Assembly (NCBI GenBank): GCA_019057385.1
Contig: JAHQJS010000007.1
Coordinates: forward strand, 779,685-843,684
Origin: Candidatus Borrarchaeum weybense
GTDB taxonomy: Archaea; Asgardarchaeota; Sifarchaeia; Borrarchaeales; Borrarchaeaceae
Reading direction: 5' to 3'
Length of the DNA: 64,000 nucleotides
Shown here: positions 29,822-39,400 of the stretch, one piece after another
Layout of the letters: each line of letters begins with the position of its first letter
Numbering within the stretch: position 1 is the first letter of the stretch
The notes under the pieces: model-generated
The model's database searches: none
Told to the model about the DNA's origin: nothing
What the model saw: the letters and a program-made list of their open reading frames with translations, nothing else
Made by a program: the position numbers and the translations under genes

Positions 29822-31735
29822 CTACATAGAAACGAAAGTAGGTCTCCTAGAAAGTCGTTTTAATGATGGAGATAATGGGACAAAGACTCTTTCCTTTATT
29901 AGAGATGTGATTTCCTTGATAAGGTCATCGAAACGGATATTATTTCGTGATTCTCCGTCAGCCCTTGTTCGGACAGAAACTGTATTATTTTCTATTTCTT
30001 TATCACCAATAACAATTATATAGGGAATCCATTCTCGCTCTGCTTGTCGAATCTTTTTACTTAAAGTTTCATCTCGATCATCTAAGTCAACTCTAATTTT
30101 AGCACTTTCCACTTTTTGCATTAGTGTTTCACAATAGGAAACGTGACGATCTGTAATAGGAATAACTCTCACTTGAGTTGGTGACAACCATAGAGGAAAC
30201 ATGGGAGTTTTGCCTTTTTTCTGATCGATTGCTGCCCCCTCTAATAATGCATATACAATTCGTTCAACTGCACCAGACGGTGAACTGTGAGTAATGATTG
30301 GAAAAACCTTCTCGCCCTTCTCATTTATATAAGTGATATCATATCGTTTTGCTGACTCCACATCAATTTGAACAGTGGAGAGTGCTGCTACCTTTTTGAC
30401 AAAGTCAACGAAATTAAATTCAAATTTAAGAATCCAATAAAAGTATCTGGCAGGAAATAATTCAATTAATGCAGGTTTTTTTAGTGCCTTAGCAATCAGA
30501 GTTACCAACCAATCGCGATGCTCTTCGAAAAATTCTTGACTCATACGAAATGCTGCTTCATATTCAAAGTTAAAATCAGCCATTAATGATGCTGCAAGAA
30601 AATATTGCTCTTCAAATTCTTGGAGAACTGAAGTGATATCCGCCGCACATGCATGTAAATCAGGCATTGTAAAAGCTCTCAGTCTCCTTAAAGCGACTAC
30701 CTCTCCACGTTTTTCTCTTCTAAAACTCGGAGCTAGTTCATAGATTCTTAAAGGCAAGTTTTTGTAGCTAAGATTAGTATCTGCCAAAAGAAAGAACTGA
30801 CCGAAATCAGAAGCGTATCGAAGGAAAAGTTCTTTATCCCCTGAATGGACACGATATTGACGTGCAGGGAACCTAGAAACTTGTTCTCTAAGTACTGGAT
30901 TTTCAAGGTCATACATGAGCGGTGTATCCAAGGGCAGTGCACCGAACTCATTCACAACCTTATTATAAACATGTTCTTCAACTATATGGCGTAATGTCGT
31001 GCCCTTAGCATACCACCGCATGTTACCAGGATCAGCTCCAGGTTCATAATCAGCAAATTCATGTCGTCTCATAAGATCAATGTGTGGTGGTTTACCTTTT
31101 TCCTCTCTTTCTTTGGCAAGTTCATAAAGTAAGAAGTCCCTTAGATTCTCATGTTCCCTAAAATTAAAAGGGATTTCTGTTCTTAGTTTTCTTGATTCTC
31201 CTTCGTCTTTTATTTCGACTTTTATAAGTTGATTATTCGGAGTTAATACGTAAAAGTCGGAGGGTGGATGTTCTTCAACAATAATTTCTTCTTTTTCCTT
31301 CTGAGTGATATCTACAACTCGTAGAGTTTCTGCTCGTGGATGACCAATACAATTCACATTGAAAGCCTTATACCATCCAAATGGTGATCTTATTACATTA
31401 TAGCCTTTTTCAGAGAGTAATTCACTTAAACGTTTCAAAATTTGCTTAGCTGCTGCCGGTGATGATAGTTGTGAGCTTAAGTGAGCATAAGGATAAATTA
31501 CGATATTTGACTCCCCTAGTTCTTCAGCTAATTCTCGAATTTTCTCTGAAGCTTGCTCTATTGCCATTTCAGTATTTTCTTCATCAGATTTTTCTACAGA
31601 AATGAAAATAACCAGTACGCGTTCAGAAGTCTCATATTGTCCATATTCAATTTCTTCTGCATCTTTAGTCGCTTTTTGCTTCACCTCATAGCTGAAACCA
31701 TTCGAATGGATTGACAATAGTTTCAAGAGATTCAC
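29822..31735 (-). CDS. thrS: Threonine--tRNA ligase (archaeal type with N-terminal editing domain)
   Basis: YPYAHLSS, PFGWYKAF...GHP, FRREKRGE..LRRLRAFTMPDLH, SPSGAVER, WLSPTQVR. Confidence 0.96.
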   Translation of the reverse strand: MNLLKLLSIHSNGFSYEVKQKATKDAEEIEYGQYETSERVLVIFISVEKSDEENTEMAIEQASEKIRELAEELGESNIVIYPYAHLSSQLSSPAAAKQILKRLSELLSEKGYNVIRSPFGWYKAFNVNCIGHPRAETLRVVDITQKEKEEIIVEEHPPSDFYVLTPNNQLIKVEIKDEGESRKLRTEIPFNFREHENLRDFLLYELAKEREEKGKPPHIDLMRRHEFADYEPGADPGNMRWYAKGTTLRHIVEEHVYNKVVNEFGALPLDTPLMYDLENPVLREQVSRFPARQYRVHSGDKELFLRYASDFGQFFLLADTNLSYKNLPLRIYELAPSFRREKRGEVVALRRLRAFTMPDLHACAADITSVLQEFEEQYFLAASLMADFNFEYEAAFRMSQEFFEEHRDWLVTLIAKALKKPALIELFPARYFYWILKFEFNFVDFVKKVAALSTVQIDVESAKRYDITYINEKGEKVFPIITHSSPSGAVERIVYALLEGAAIDQKKGKTPMFPLWLSPTQVRVIPITDRHVSYCETLMQKVESAKIRVDLDDRDETLSKKIRQAEREWIPYIIVIGDKEIENNTVSVRTRADGESRNNIRFDDLIKEITSLIKERVFVPLSPSLKRLSRRPTFVSM

Positions 31736-31860
31736 CTATCTATTTTGGATAGTCGTTTTCATTAGCCTATTTAACTTTGTCGGCGGAAAGTCTTAATTAT
31801 TAAATCTAAGTTGTACTCTAGTGAATCATAGGAAGAGTGTCTGAACCGTAAGATTTTTAA

Positions 31861-33251
31861 CTTGTGCGACGAGAAGTCCCCTTGCGACAGCTGGAAGATG
31901 AAAGCCGCTAGCTTTATATTGTTTTTTGAGGTAGAAGTATTGGTAAAAGAGTCTGCGTGAAGCCCATGAAACTGACACAGAAAATTCGGATCTTTCCGAC
32001 TCCTGAACAGGAAGAAGTGCTCTGGAAACTATCGGAGAAATGCAGACTCATCTATAATTTTGCCCTTGCCGAACGAAGGCACGCCTATCGACACGGCATT
32101 AAGGGCGTGAATTATCGCAAACAGCAAAACGACCTGCCAAGGATCAAAAAGCAATACCCTGAATATACTTGGGTGTATTCGAAGGTGTTACAGTATGTGT
32201 TGAGGTCATTAGCCGCCGATTATGAGTCGTTCTTTGCCCTTCGAAAAAATGGGTACGCCGAGGCCCGCTCCCCGCGATATAAAGGCAAACAGTACTTCAC
32301 CACCATAGTCTATAACCAGTCAGGATTCAAGCTAGAACAAGGAACAATTTCCTTTTCCCATAACTACAATGATATCCCTTTGGGGTTCGCCCTGCCAGAA
32401 AAATTCTCTTTTGACAACACGCAGGTCAAACAGGTCGCCATCTCCGCACAACGAAATCGCTATTTTGTGACCATCACCCACCAGGTGGAAGAACCGGCCT
32501 ATGTGGATAACGAGCAGTACCAGGCCATTGACTTGGGTGTTACTCACATCGTGACTGCGGTAAACTCCCAGGGAAAGTTCTTGGTAGTAAATAATCAGCG
32601 TCCAGACAAATACTGGAATCCCAAAATCGCCAGGATTCAAGCGCGGCGGGACAGGTGTAAGAAATTCAGCAACAGGTGGAAGCTCTTCAACCGTATCAAA
32701 CGCAAGTACGAGCGGAAACGTGATGCACAGCTAAAAAATTTCCAGCACAAACTCAGTACGAAGTTAGTGAACAACACGAAGGCGAATACCCTTATTGTGG
32801 GCGATCTTGAGATCAAAGCGATGGCACAGTCAAAGAATGTGCCGAACTTTATAAGATCGGGATTAAACCGCGCCACACAGAACACGGGTACGCTGGGGCG
32901 GTTCGTGCATTTTCTAACCTACAAATCGAAACGAGTAGGTAAAAGATTAATAGAATTTGACGAATGCAATACCTCCCGAGAGTGTTATGTGTGTGGAAAA
33001 CTTCATTATATGCCAATATGGCAGCGAGTTATGAATTGTGAGTGTGGTAACGTGATTACTAGAGACAAAAATAGTTGCGTGGTGCTCATGAAACGTTACC
33101 TATCACAGAATGCTAAGTGGACAGGCTATCAAGCATTCCTTGATAATCTGCGACAAACAGCCAAAGGTAAAACGAAAGTACCCAGTCCCAGTGATGGATA
33201 TGGTTTGGAGGACTCGCAGGAAGCCCCCTCTGTCAAGGTGGGGTAGTTCAC
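31861..33251 (+). mobile_element. IS200/IS605-family (IS1341-like, tnpB only) element 1
   Basis: GC shift; right end GCAGGAAGCCCCCTCTGTCAAGGTGGGGTAGTTCAC ending 33251; left boundary approximate (after TTTAA); no tnpA. Confidence 0.85.
31957..33246 (+). CDS. tnpB: RNA-guided endonuclease TnpB, intact ORF
   Basis: HTH_OrfB N-terminus (IRIFPTPEQE), RuvC-I AIDLG, Zn ribbon CYVCG/CECG, RuvC-III RDKNS. Confidence 0.93.
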   Translation: MKPMKLTQKIRIFPTPEQEEVLWKLSEKCRLIYNFALAERRHAYRHGIKGVNYRKQQNDLPRIKKQYPEYTWVYSKVLQYVLRSLAADYESFFALRKNGYAEARSPRYKGKQYFTTIVYNQSGFKLEQGTISFSHNYNDIPLGFALPEKFSFDNTQVKQVAISAQRNRYFVTITHQVEEPAYVDNEQYQAIDLGVTHIVTAVNSQGKFLVVNNQRPDKYWNPKIARIQARRDRCKKFSNRWKLFNRIKRKYERKRDAQLKNFQHKLSTKLVNNTKANTLIVGDLEIKAMAQSKNVPNFIRSGLNRATQNTGTLGRFVHFLTYKSKRVGKRLIEFDECNTSRECYVCGKLHYMPIWQRVMNCECGNVITRDKNSCVVLMKRYLSQNAKWTGYQAFLDNLRQTAKGKTKVPSPSDGYGLEDSQEAPSVKVG

Positions 33252-33311
33252 GAATCTATCTGATTTCATGTTAACCAAGTCATAGCCTATTGAAGATTTT
33301 GATTTTCGACG

Positions 33312-34436
33312 GTGAGAACACTGCTAAACGATAAAGAAATAACTAGAGAACGAATACGATTACAATGCTTAGGCATAAAGAGCGAAGGAATTCATAAAGG
33401 TAGAAAAGGAGGAGCTGGTCCAACTGGTGGCAGATCTATGATTTTTCCCAATGGGACACTAGGAAATGTGCCACTCAGAGGAAATTTCGTACGTAGTTCT
33501 CCTTATACGTTAAGGGAAGTTGATACAGAGGTATATGAAATCTGGCACGACTTACGTGAAGAGTCAATAATGAAAGTAGGCTTCGTTCCTAGACCAAAGT
33601 TTTATGATAAACTCACTACAGACGATATTCCGATGTGGAAGCTTTCCGCACTTCACGGCGCCGATTGCGTTGCAACAACGTTAAACAGGTATTGTTTCCT
33701 CTGGCGGAAAGGAAAACAGTGTAGGTTCTGCTCGATTGAAATGGCAATAAAATCACATAACGGGATAAGTTTAGCAATCAAGAAACCTCGGTGGTTTCGT
33801 GAAGTTGTCGTCGAAGCATACAAAGAGGGAGTCTGTAACCACATTACCTTAACTTCTGGGACACCAGGCACTCCAGACAAAGGCTGCAAATTAACAGCAG
33901 ATGTTGTCAGTGAGGTAAAACGCTATGTAAATGTTCCAATTCATGGTCAGGTTGCCCCATTAGACGAAGATAAATTTCATTATTATGATATGCTCAGGGA
34001 TTCAGGCCTTGATACCCTTGGAATACATGCAGATGTTATCGATCCAGAGGTCATAAAGGTCATGTGCCCTGGAAAAGAAGATTTTGGATGGGAAAAATAT
34101 ATCAAAGCATGGAAATATGTTGTAGAACTCTTTGGTGAAAATCAGGTTACATCATTTGTATTAGCAGGTCTCGGAGAAAGAGATGATGTTCTTATTGAAG
34201 GCATGAAAAGAATGGCCAGCATCGGTGTCATTCCATATTTGATACCATTTAGGCCCTTACCAGAAACACCTCTTGCCGATGCACGACCTCCAGATCCTGA
34301 AAGAATGATTCGACTTTTTGGAGAGTTGCAACAAATTGTTTTAGATGCAGGTCTCGATGTATTTAAGAATAAAGGTGGCTGTATGAGATGTGGGGCCTGT
34401 AGTTCCAACAGAGAAGCAATTAAGTATGGAGTTTAA
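33312..34436 (+). CDS. Radical SAM protein, MSMEG_0568-like family
   Basis: GRKGGAGP, LHGADCVATT, CFLW....QCRFCSI, PFRPL, C-terminal GCMRCGACS. Confidence 0.85.
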   Translation: MRTLLNDKEITRERIRLQCLGIKSEGIHKGRKGGAGPTGGRSMIFPNGTLGNVPLRGNFVRSSPYTLREVDTEVYEIWHDLREESIMKVGFVPRPKFYDKLTTDDIPMWKLSALHGADCVATTLNRYCFLWRKGKQCRFCSIEMAIKSHNGISLAIKKPRWFREVVVEAYKEGVCNHITLTSGTPGTPDKGCKLTADVVSEVKRYVNVPIHGQVAPLDEDKFHYYDMLRDSGLDTLGIHADVIDPEVIKVMCPGKEDFGWEKYIKAWKYVVELFGENQVTSFVLAGLGERDDVLIEGMKRMASIGVIPYLIPFRPLPETPLADARPPDPERMIRLFGELQQIVLDAGLDVFKNKGGCMRCGACSSNREAIKYGV

Positions 34437-34467
34437 TTTACAAAATTTGTTTTTTTTTGAAATTTAC

Positions 34468-34515
34468 TAGTAGCTAAGCAAGAAAGCACCACAGCTTTAG
34501 CTTGAGGTAGTTCAC
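34468..34515 (+). mobile_element. 48-bp IS200/IS605 mini-element, copy A
   Basis: TAGTAGCTAAGCAAGAAAGCACCACAGCTTTAGCTTGAGGTAGTTCAC, 3' of TTTAC; 46/48 identical to 63357-63404. Confidence 0.85.
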
Positions 34516-34635
34516 ATTAAGACATTCAATTGGTTAAAAGATGTTATTTTGATTTTTAGTTATAGCCTTTTTTTGAAAGCGATTGAAGTAACAAATAAAT
34601 AGCACGAAAATAAATCAGGAATTGGAGAGAAATTA

Positions 34636-35085
34636 ATGACAACACACGAGAAAAGTAAGTTTCAATCACTTTCCGAACTGTTAGAAAAATTAAATGAAAA
34701 GGGAAATTTTGATGCGAGCGCTATTGCCAGTGAAGATGGTCTTGTCATGGCAGAACACATCCGTAATAACCTCAGCAGAGAAGCTTTAGCAGCAGTTTCT
34801 GCCCTTGTTTATGCTATGGGACAAAGAACCCAAGATTATCTAAAATTAAAGAAGATTTATGGTATTGGTTTTGATTCACCTTTGGGTCGTATTTATTTTC
34901 GTCCAATTGCTATCCGTGAAGATAAGAGAAAAACGAATTTGATATTAACAGTAATTGGAAACAATTCGACCCCTAGTTTTAAAGAAAGGCTTAATATCTT
35001 ATTATTTAAACGTTCTTTGGTTGAAACGCTTTTAGATTGGGCAAAACAATCCATAATTCAAATATTCAATGAATCTACTATCTAA
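34636..35085 (+). CDS. Roadblock/LC7 domain protein
   Basis: LSELLEKLNEKGNFDASAIASEDGLVMAE...ALAAVSA. Confidence 0.82.
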   Translation: MTTHEKSKFQSLSELLEKLNEKGNFDASAIASEDGLVMAEHIRNNLSREALAAVSALVYAMGQRTQDYLKLKKIYGIGFDSPLGRIYFRPIAIREDKRKTNLILTVIGNNSTPSFKERLNILLFKRSLVETLLDWAKQSIIQIFNESTI

Positions 35086-35316
35086 AATACTTTAAGTTTG
35101 CCTAACTTAGCTTTGAATGAACTTATAGTCAATTGAAATTTCGGATTTGGATTATTTGTAGTCATTCTTTCAAGCAATTTCTTTTGCGTTTAGCACTTTC
35201 TTCTGATATTATAACATACCTCACCTAAGATTCAATAAAATCTTATTCGAAACAACAAAAATGTTTAACAACTGACTTTAATTACATCGTGATAATCAAT
35301 AATTCAGAGAAGGGAA

Positions 35317-36714
35317 ATGTTTATGGAAATTCAAAGTTTCCTTGAAGAAATCGTCGGAGAGCAATATGTACTTGCTGAAGACTTCGAAAAGATTGTTTAT
35401 TCGAGAGATGCAAGTATTGAGCCACCAATATTGCCAGATTATGTCGTAAGACCGAGAACTATTGAAGAAATTCAAAAAATCGTAAAATTGATTAATTCGG
35501 CATCCCATAGACACCCAATTCATATCAGATGCTCTTCAACAGCTTATTGGGGAGGTGGTGTACCTACTAAGGGAGGCATTATCCTTGATTTAAGCAGAAT
35601 GAATAAAATCATAGAAATAAACGAGGATACACAATGCGTCACGGTAGAGCCAGGTATCACGTTTGGTGAATTATTTGCAGCCTTGGAACAGAAAGGATAC
35701 AGAATAGGCGAACGACCAGAATCTGCATACTCTGCTTGTGTAGGAGGGCATGTTGCATCAATGGGTGCTGGTTTGGGACAATATATCTTTGGAAATCAAG
35801 GAGATCAGGTAACAGGATTAAATGTTGTGTTACCTGATGGTACACTCTTAACTACAGGGTCTGGTGCCCTTGAAAATACTCCAAAATTTACCAAATGGAT
35901 ATTCGGCCCTGATCTTTCAGGCTTATTTATTGGTTCAGAGGGAGTCCTAGGAGTTATTGTTGAGGTCACATTGAAACTTTATCCACTTCCAAGAGCTATG
36001 ACATTTGCTACTTTTGCCTTCGAGAATATTGAAGACGCCATAGAAGCTGTGTATCAAATTCAAAGAGGACCATTTTCGATCCAATATTTATCCTGTTTTG
36101 AAGGCGCCAGTTTTGTTAAAACATATCCGCAACTTGATTGGGGAAGCAAAGCTAAGCATGGCATTGTATTAACAATAGTGATTGAAGGTAGGAGTAAAGA
36201 AGATGCAGCCATTCAAAAAGAAGAGATAACACAAGAAGCGTTTAGACACCGCGGGGAAGATTTGGGGGAGGCATTTGCACGTGATATTTTCTGGAAAAAT
36301 CGATATAACTGGGCAGTAACGCGAACACTTCGAAAAGGTCTGAGAACAATTATTTTATTTCGCGTTCCAACGAAAAAAATACCCCTATTCTGGGAAGAAA
36401 CCCGTACTATCGGTGATCAGTTTGATCTCAAAATTGGACGGAGCTGCCAAGCAAGAAGTCGCCATTTTATTAGTTATCATCCCTCAATTCGCTATTCAGA
36501 AAAGACTCCTGAAATATGGGAAAAGGTCAAAGAATGTAAAAATGCGCTATACCTACGATTTATCGAACTAGGTGGAATGCCATGTCGATTACCTGGACAA
36601 TTGCCTGAATCTATTACACATAAATTCAAACACTACCTATTATTTCTTAGAAGACTAAAAACATGTATCGACCCCAATAATATTTTTTCATCAAGCAAAA
36701 TAGTTGGGTTGTAG
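35317..36714 (+). CDS. FAD-binding oxidoreductase (GlcD / D-lactate dehydrogenase-like)
   Basis: PDYVVRP, LDLSRMNKI, VEPG, GSEGVLGVI, DPNNI. Confidence 0.9.
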   Translation: MFMEIQSFLEEIVGEQYVLAEDFEKIVYSRDASIEPPILPDYVVRPRTIEEIQKIVKLINSASHRHPIHIRCSSTAYWGGGVPTKGGIILDLSRMNKIIEINEDTQCVTVEPGITFGELFAALEQKGYRIGERPESAYSACVGGHVASMGAGLGQYIFGNQGDQVTGLNVVLPDGTLLTTGSGALENTPKFTKWIFGPDLSGLFIGSEGVLGVIVEVTLKLYPLPRAMTFATFAFENIEDAIEAVYQIQRGPFSIQYLSCFEGASFVKTYPQLDWGSKAKHGIVLTIVIEGRSKEDAAIQKEEITQEAFRHRGEDLGEAFARDIFWKNRYNWAVTRTLRKGLRTIILFRVPTKKIPLFWEETRTIGDQFDLKIGRSCQARSRHFISYHPSIRYSEKTPEIWEKVKECKNALYLRFIELGGMPCRLPGQLPESITHKFKHYLLFLRRLKTCIDPNNIFSSSKIVGL

Positions 36715-37879
36715 AAAATTGCTTATATCGAAACCAGAAGTTCTTACTGATGCACTATATAAGTGCGGACGATGCTCTTATTGTAGAGGATGTAATGCAG
36801 AAACACCAATCATCTGTCCAGCCTATGAACTTACAGATAAACTTGAAACAGTTTCTCCTAAAGGACGATTACAGATTGCAAGACGTCTTTTTGAAGGATC
36901 TATACAGCCCAGTAAAGAACTCTCAGAAGCTTTCTTTTTATGTCCTCTATGTGGAGATTGTCGAGATAAGTGTATTGAGGGGATAGATACTACGGAAGTA
37001 TTTGAAGTTATACGAGAAGTATTAGTTAAAGAAAATGCCGGAATAGATACTCATTCAAAGTTTATGGGGTCAATAGTCGAAAACAATAATCCCTATTTCG
37101 AACCGCATGAAAAGCGATTAGCATGGTTGCCAAAACAGCTCTCACCAAGTAATCCAATGACACCAGAATATGCTTATTTTGTTGGATGTACCTCTGCTTA
37201 CCGAAGGCAACCAATAGCAGTAGCTACCACGGAAATCCTCCAGACAGCGAAAGTGAAATTCACTTTTATGGACGAAGTTTGTTGTGGGTCACCTTTACTA
37301 AGAACTGGTCATAAAGAGGTTGCCAAGAAACTTGCGAAAAAAAACATTGAGACGATCAAAAAAACTGGCGTTAAAAAGGTCATCACCAGTTGTGCTGGAT
37401 GTTATAGGACGCTTAAAAAGGATTATCCAATACTTCTTGAGCAAGAACTTCCATTCGAAGTGATTCATTCAGCAGAGCTACTCGCAGAATTAATTAAAGA
37501 CGATCAATTAGAACTTTCAGAAGGCACGCCGATGAAGGTGACATATCACGATCCTTGTCACCTAGGTAGACACGTAGGGGTATACGAGCCTCCAAGGGAC
37601 GTTTTAAAACACATTCCAAATCTCAAATTTATTGAGATGACTGAAAATAGAAATAACGCACTTTGTTGTGGTGCGGGAGGAGGGTTTAGAGCGGGATATA
37701 AAGACCTGTCAATTGATTTAGCGGCTTTACGTGTGTCTCAAGTTAAAAATATAGATGCAGAAATTCTCTCCTCATCATGCCCATTCTGTCATTACAATCT
37801 CGAACTAGGACGAGATAAAATAGATAAAAACATAAAAATCGCAGATATTACGGAACTAATAGCAAGGCGACTTCTTTAG
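36704..37879 (+). CDS. Fe-S oxidoreductase with CCG domains (GlcF/HdrD-like)
   Basis: CGRCSYC..CP, CPLCGDC..C, CCG, YHDPCHLGR, CCGAGGG, CPFC. Confidence 0.9.
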   Translation: MGCRKLLISKPEVLTDALYKCGRCSYCRGCNAETPIICPAYELTDKLETVSPKGRLQIARRLFEGSIQPSKELSEAFFLCPLCGDCRDKCIEGIDTTEVFEVIREVLVKENAGIDTHSKFMGSIVENNNPYFEPHEKRLAWLPKQLSPSNPMTPEYAYFVGCTSAYRRQPIAVATTEILQTAKVKFTFMDEVCCGSPLLRTGHKEVAKKLAKKNIETIKKTGVKKVITSCAGCYRTLKKDYPILLEQELPFEVIHSAELLAELIKDDQLELSEGTPMKVTYHDPCHLGRHVGVYEPPRDVLKHIPNLKFIEMTENRNNALCCGAGGGFRAGYKDLSIDLAALRVSQVKNIDAEILSSSCPFCHYNLELGRDKIDKNIKIADITELIARRLL

Positions 37880-37884
37880 CAAGG

Positions 37885-39186
37885 ATGACGTTAATTATGA
37901 CCGAAACGGATTTGTGGCTTCAAAAACTACAAGATGAGGATTCAAAGGTAAAAGAAGGTGCAGTATATGCTCTGGGTGAACTCGGTGACACAAGTGCTGT
38001 AGAGCCACTAATTATTATGCTCGAAGATCCTTCGTCTGATGTTCGAAAAAGTGCTGCGGTAGCATTAGGTTGGTTGAAAGACATACGAGCCGTAGATCCT
38101 CTTTTAAATTACCTCAAGAAGGCTCAAACAAGCGAGTTCAGTTCAATAACTTATGCACTCAGCGAATTAAAAGATAAGAAGGCAGTTGAACCGCTAATTC
38201 AAATAGCGCTTGGATCGGATTCTCAACAGATACGCAAACCGTGTATTCGTGCACTAGGTAAATTGAATGATAAGAGAGCGATAATCCCATTTTTAGAAAT
38301 TCTTTCAAACAAAGAAGCAAGAGATTTCCATATTTTCACTAATGAAACGCTTGACAGAATGTTAGATGACGAAGGAATTAAAACGCTTATCCAAGCGTTT
38401 GATTGTTCAAATGATGCTGTAAAATGGATTGCATCAAGAAAAATAAGGGAATTAAGCGAAAAAAGTTATGAGCCGCTGATCCAGGCTATAAAGGAAGGAA
38501 GTGGAGATATCAGAAAACATTCTATCATAACAATTGCAGAAATGAAAGAAATAAAGGATATTGCGTTCCTTAATCAATTTATTGAAGATGAAACCCTGAA
38601 ATATTATATAGCAATCGCCTTTGGAAAGCGTGGTAATACAAGAGCATTAGAGATCTTAATTGCGGGGCTTACACATCTTTCAGCATGGGTAAGAGAACAT
38701 TCGGCTTTGGCTTTAGGCATAATAAAGGAAAGAAAAGCCTTTGATGCGCTAATTATAGCATTGAAGGATACAGAACGAGAAGTTCGTGCGGCTGCTGCGT
38801 TTGCTCTTGGTGAACTAAAAGATGAAAAGGCTATCGATCCATTAATTCAAGCTATGATTTCTGAAAAGGGTGAGGATTGGTATACAAAAGGAGCTTTTGT
38901 TCGGGAAACTATTGCTAAAGCGCTTGGAGAAATAGGTGGCCACGCTTCAAAACCGCTTTTAGCAATCTTTGAAGAAAGTAAAGATTGGAACCTTCGTTTT
39001 ATTGCTGCTGTGGCTTTAGCATCAATGAAAAACCATGTCGGAATAAATTACTTAGTTCGAGGGTTGCTGCAGGGTACCTTATTTTTGCAATATGCGTGTC
39101 GTAGGATAATCAAAGAATTGGTCAAGGAAAATAAGATTTCGCCAGAAATACTCAAAAAACACCAATGGAGTTTCAGATGGGAATAA
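37885..39186 (+). CDS. HEAT (PBS lyase-like) repeat protein, paralog 1
   Basis: Repeated VR..AA.ALG.L.D..AV.PLI units. Confidence 0.9.
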   Translation: MTLIMTETDLWLQKLQDEDSKVKEGAVYALGELGDTSAVEPLIIMLEDPSSDVRKSAAVALGWLKDIRAVDPLLNYLKKAQTSEFSSITYALSELKDKKAVEPLIQIALGSDSQQIRKPCIRALGKLNDKRAIIPFLEILSNKEARDFHIFTNETLDRMLDDEGIKTLIQAFDCSNDAVKWIASRKIRELSEKSYEPLIQAIKEGSGDIRKHSIITIAEMKEIKDIAFLNQFIEDETLKYYIAIAFGKRGNTRALEILIAGLTHLSAWVREHSALALGIIKERKAFDALIIALKDTEREVRAAAAFALGELKDEKAIDPLIQAMISEKGEDWYTKGAFVRETIAKALGEIGGHASKPLLAIFEESKDWNLRFIAAVALASMKNHVGINYLVRGLLQGTLFLQYACRRIIKELVKENKISPEILKKHQWSFRWE

Positions 39187-39400
39187 CAGCACTTAATTAT
39201 CTGATGGTTTTCTCTGCATCTTATGAATACCTTCTAATTAATTATCTCCAAAAACCTTAAAAGAATGGGGTTCAATTCATACCACCGCTGATTCAGTATG
39301 GTATTCTTAAGCCTTTATGTAAGTTCATCTCTTACATCATGCTGCTTTGTGCGAAGAAAAATGGTTCCTCTCTGAAAAAATCGCTATAAAGTGATTTTTT

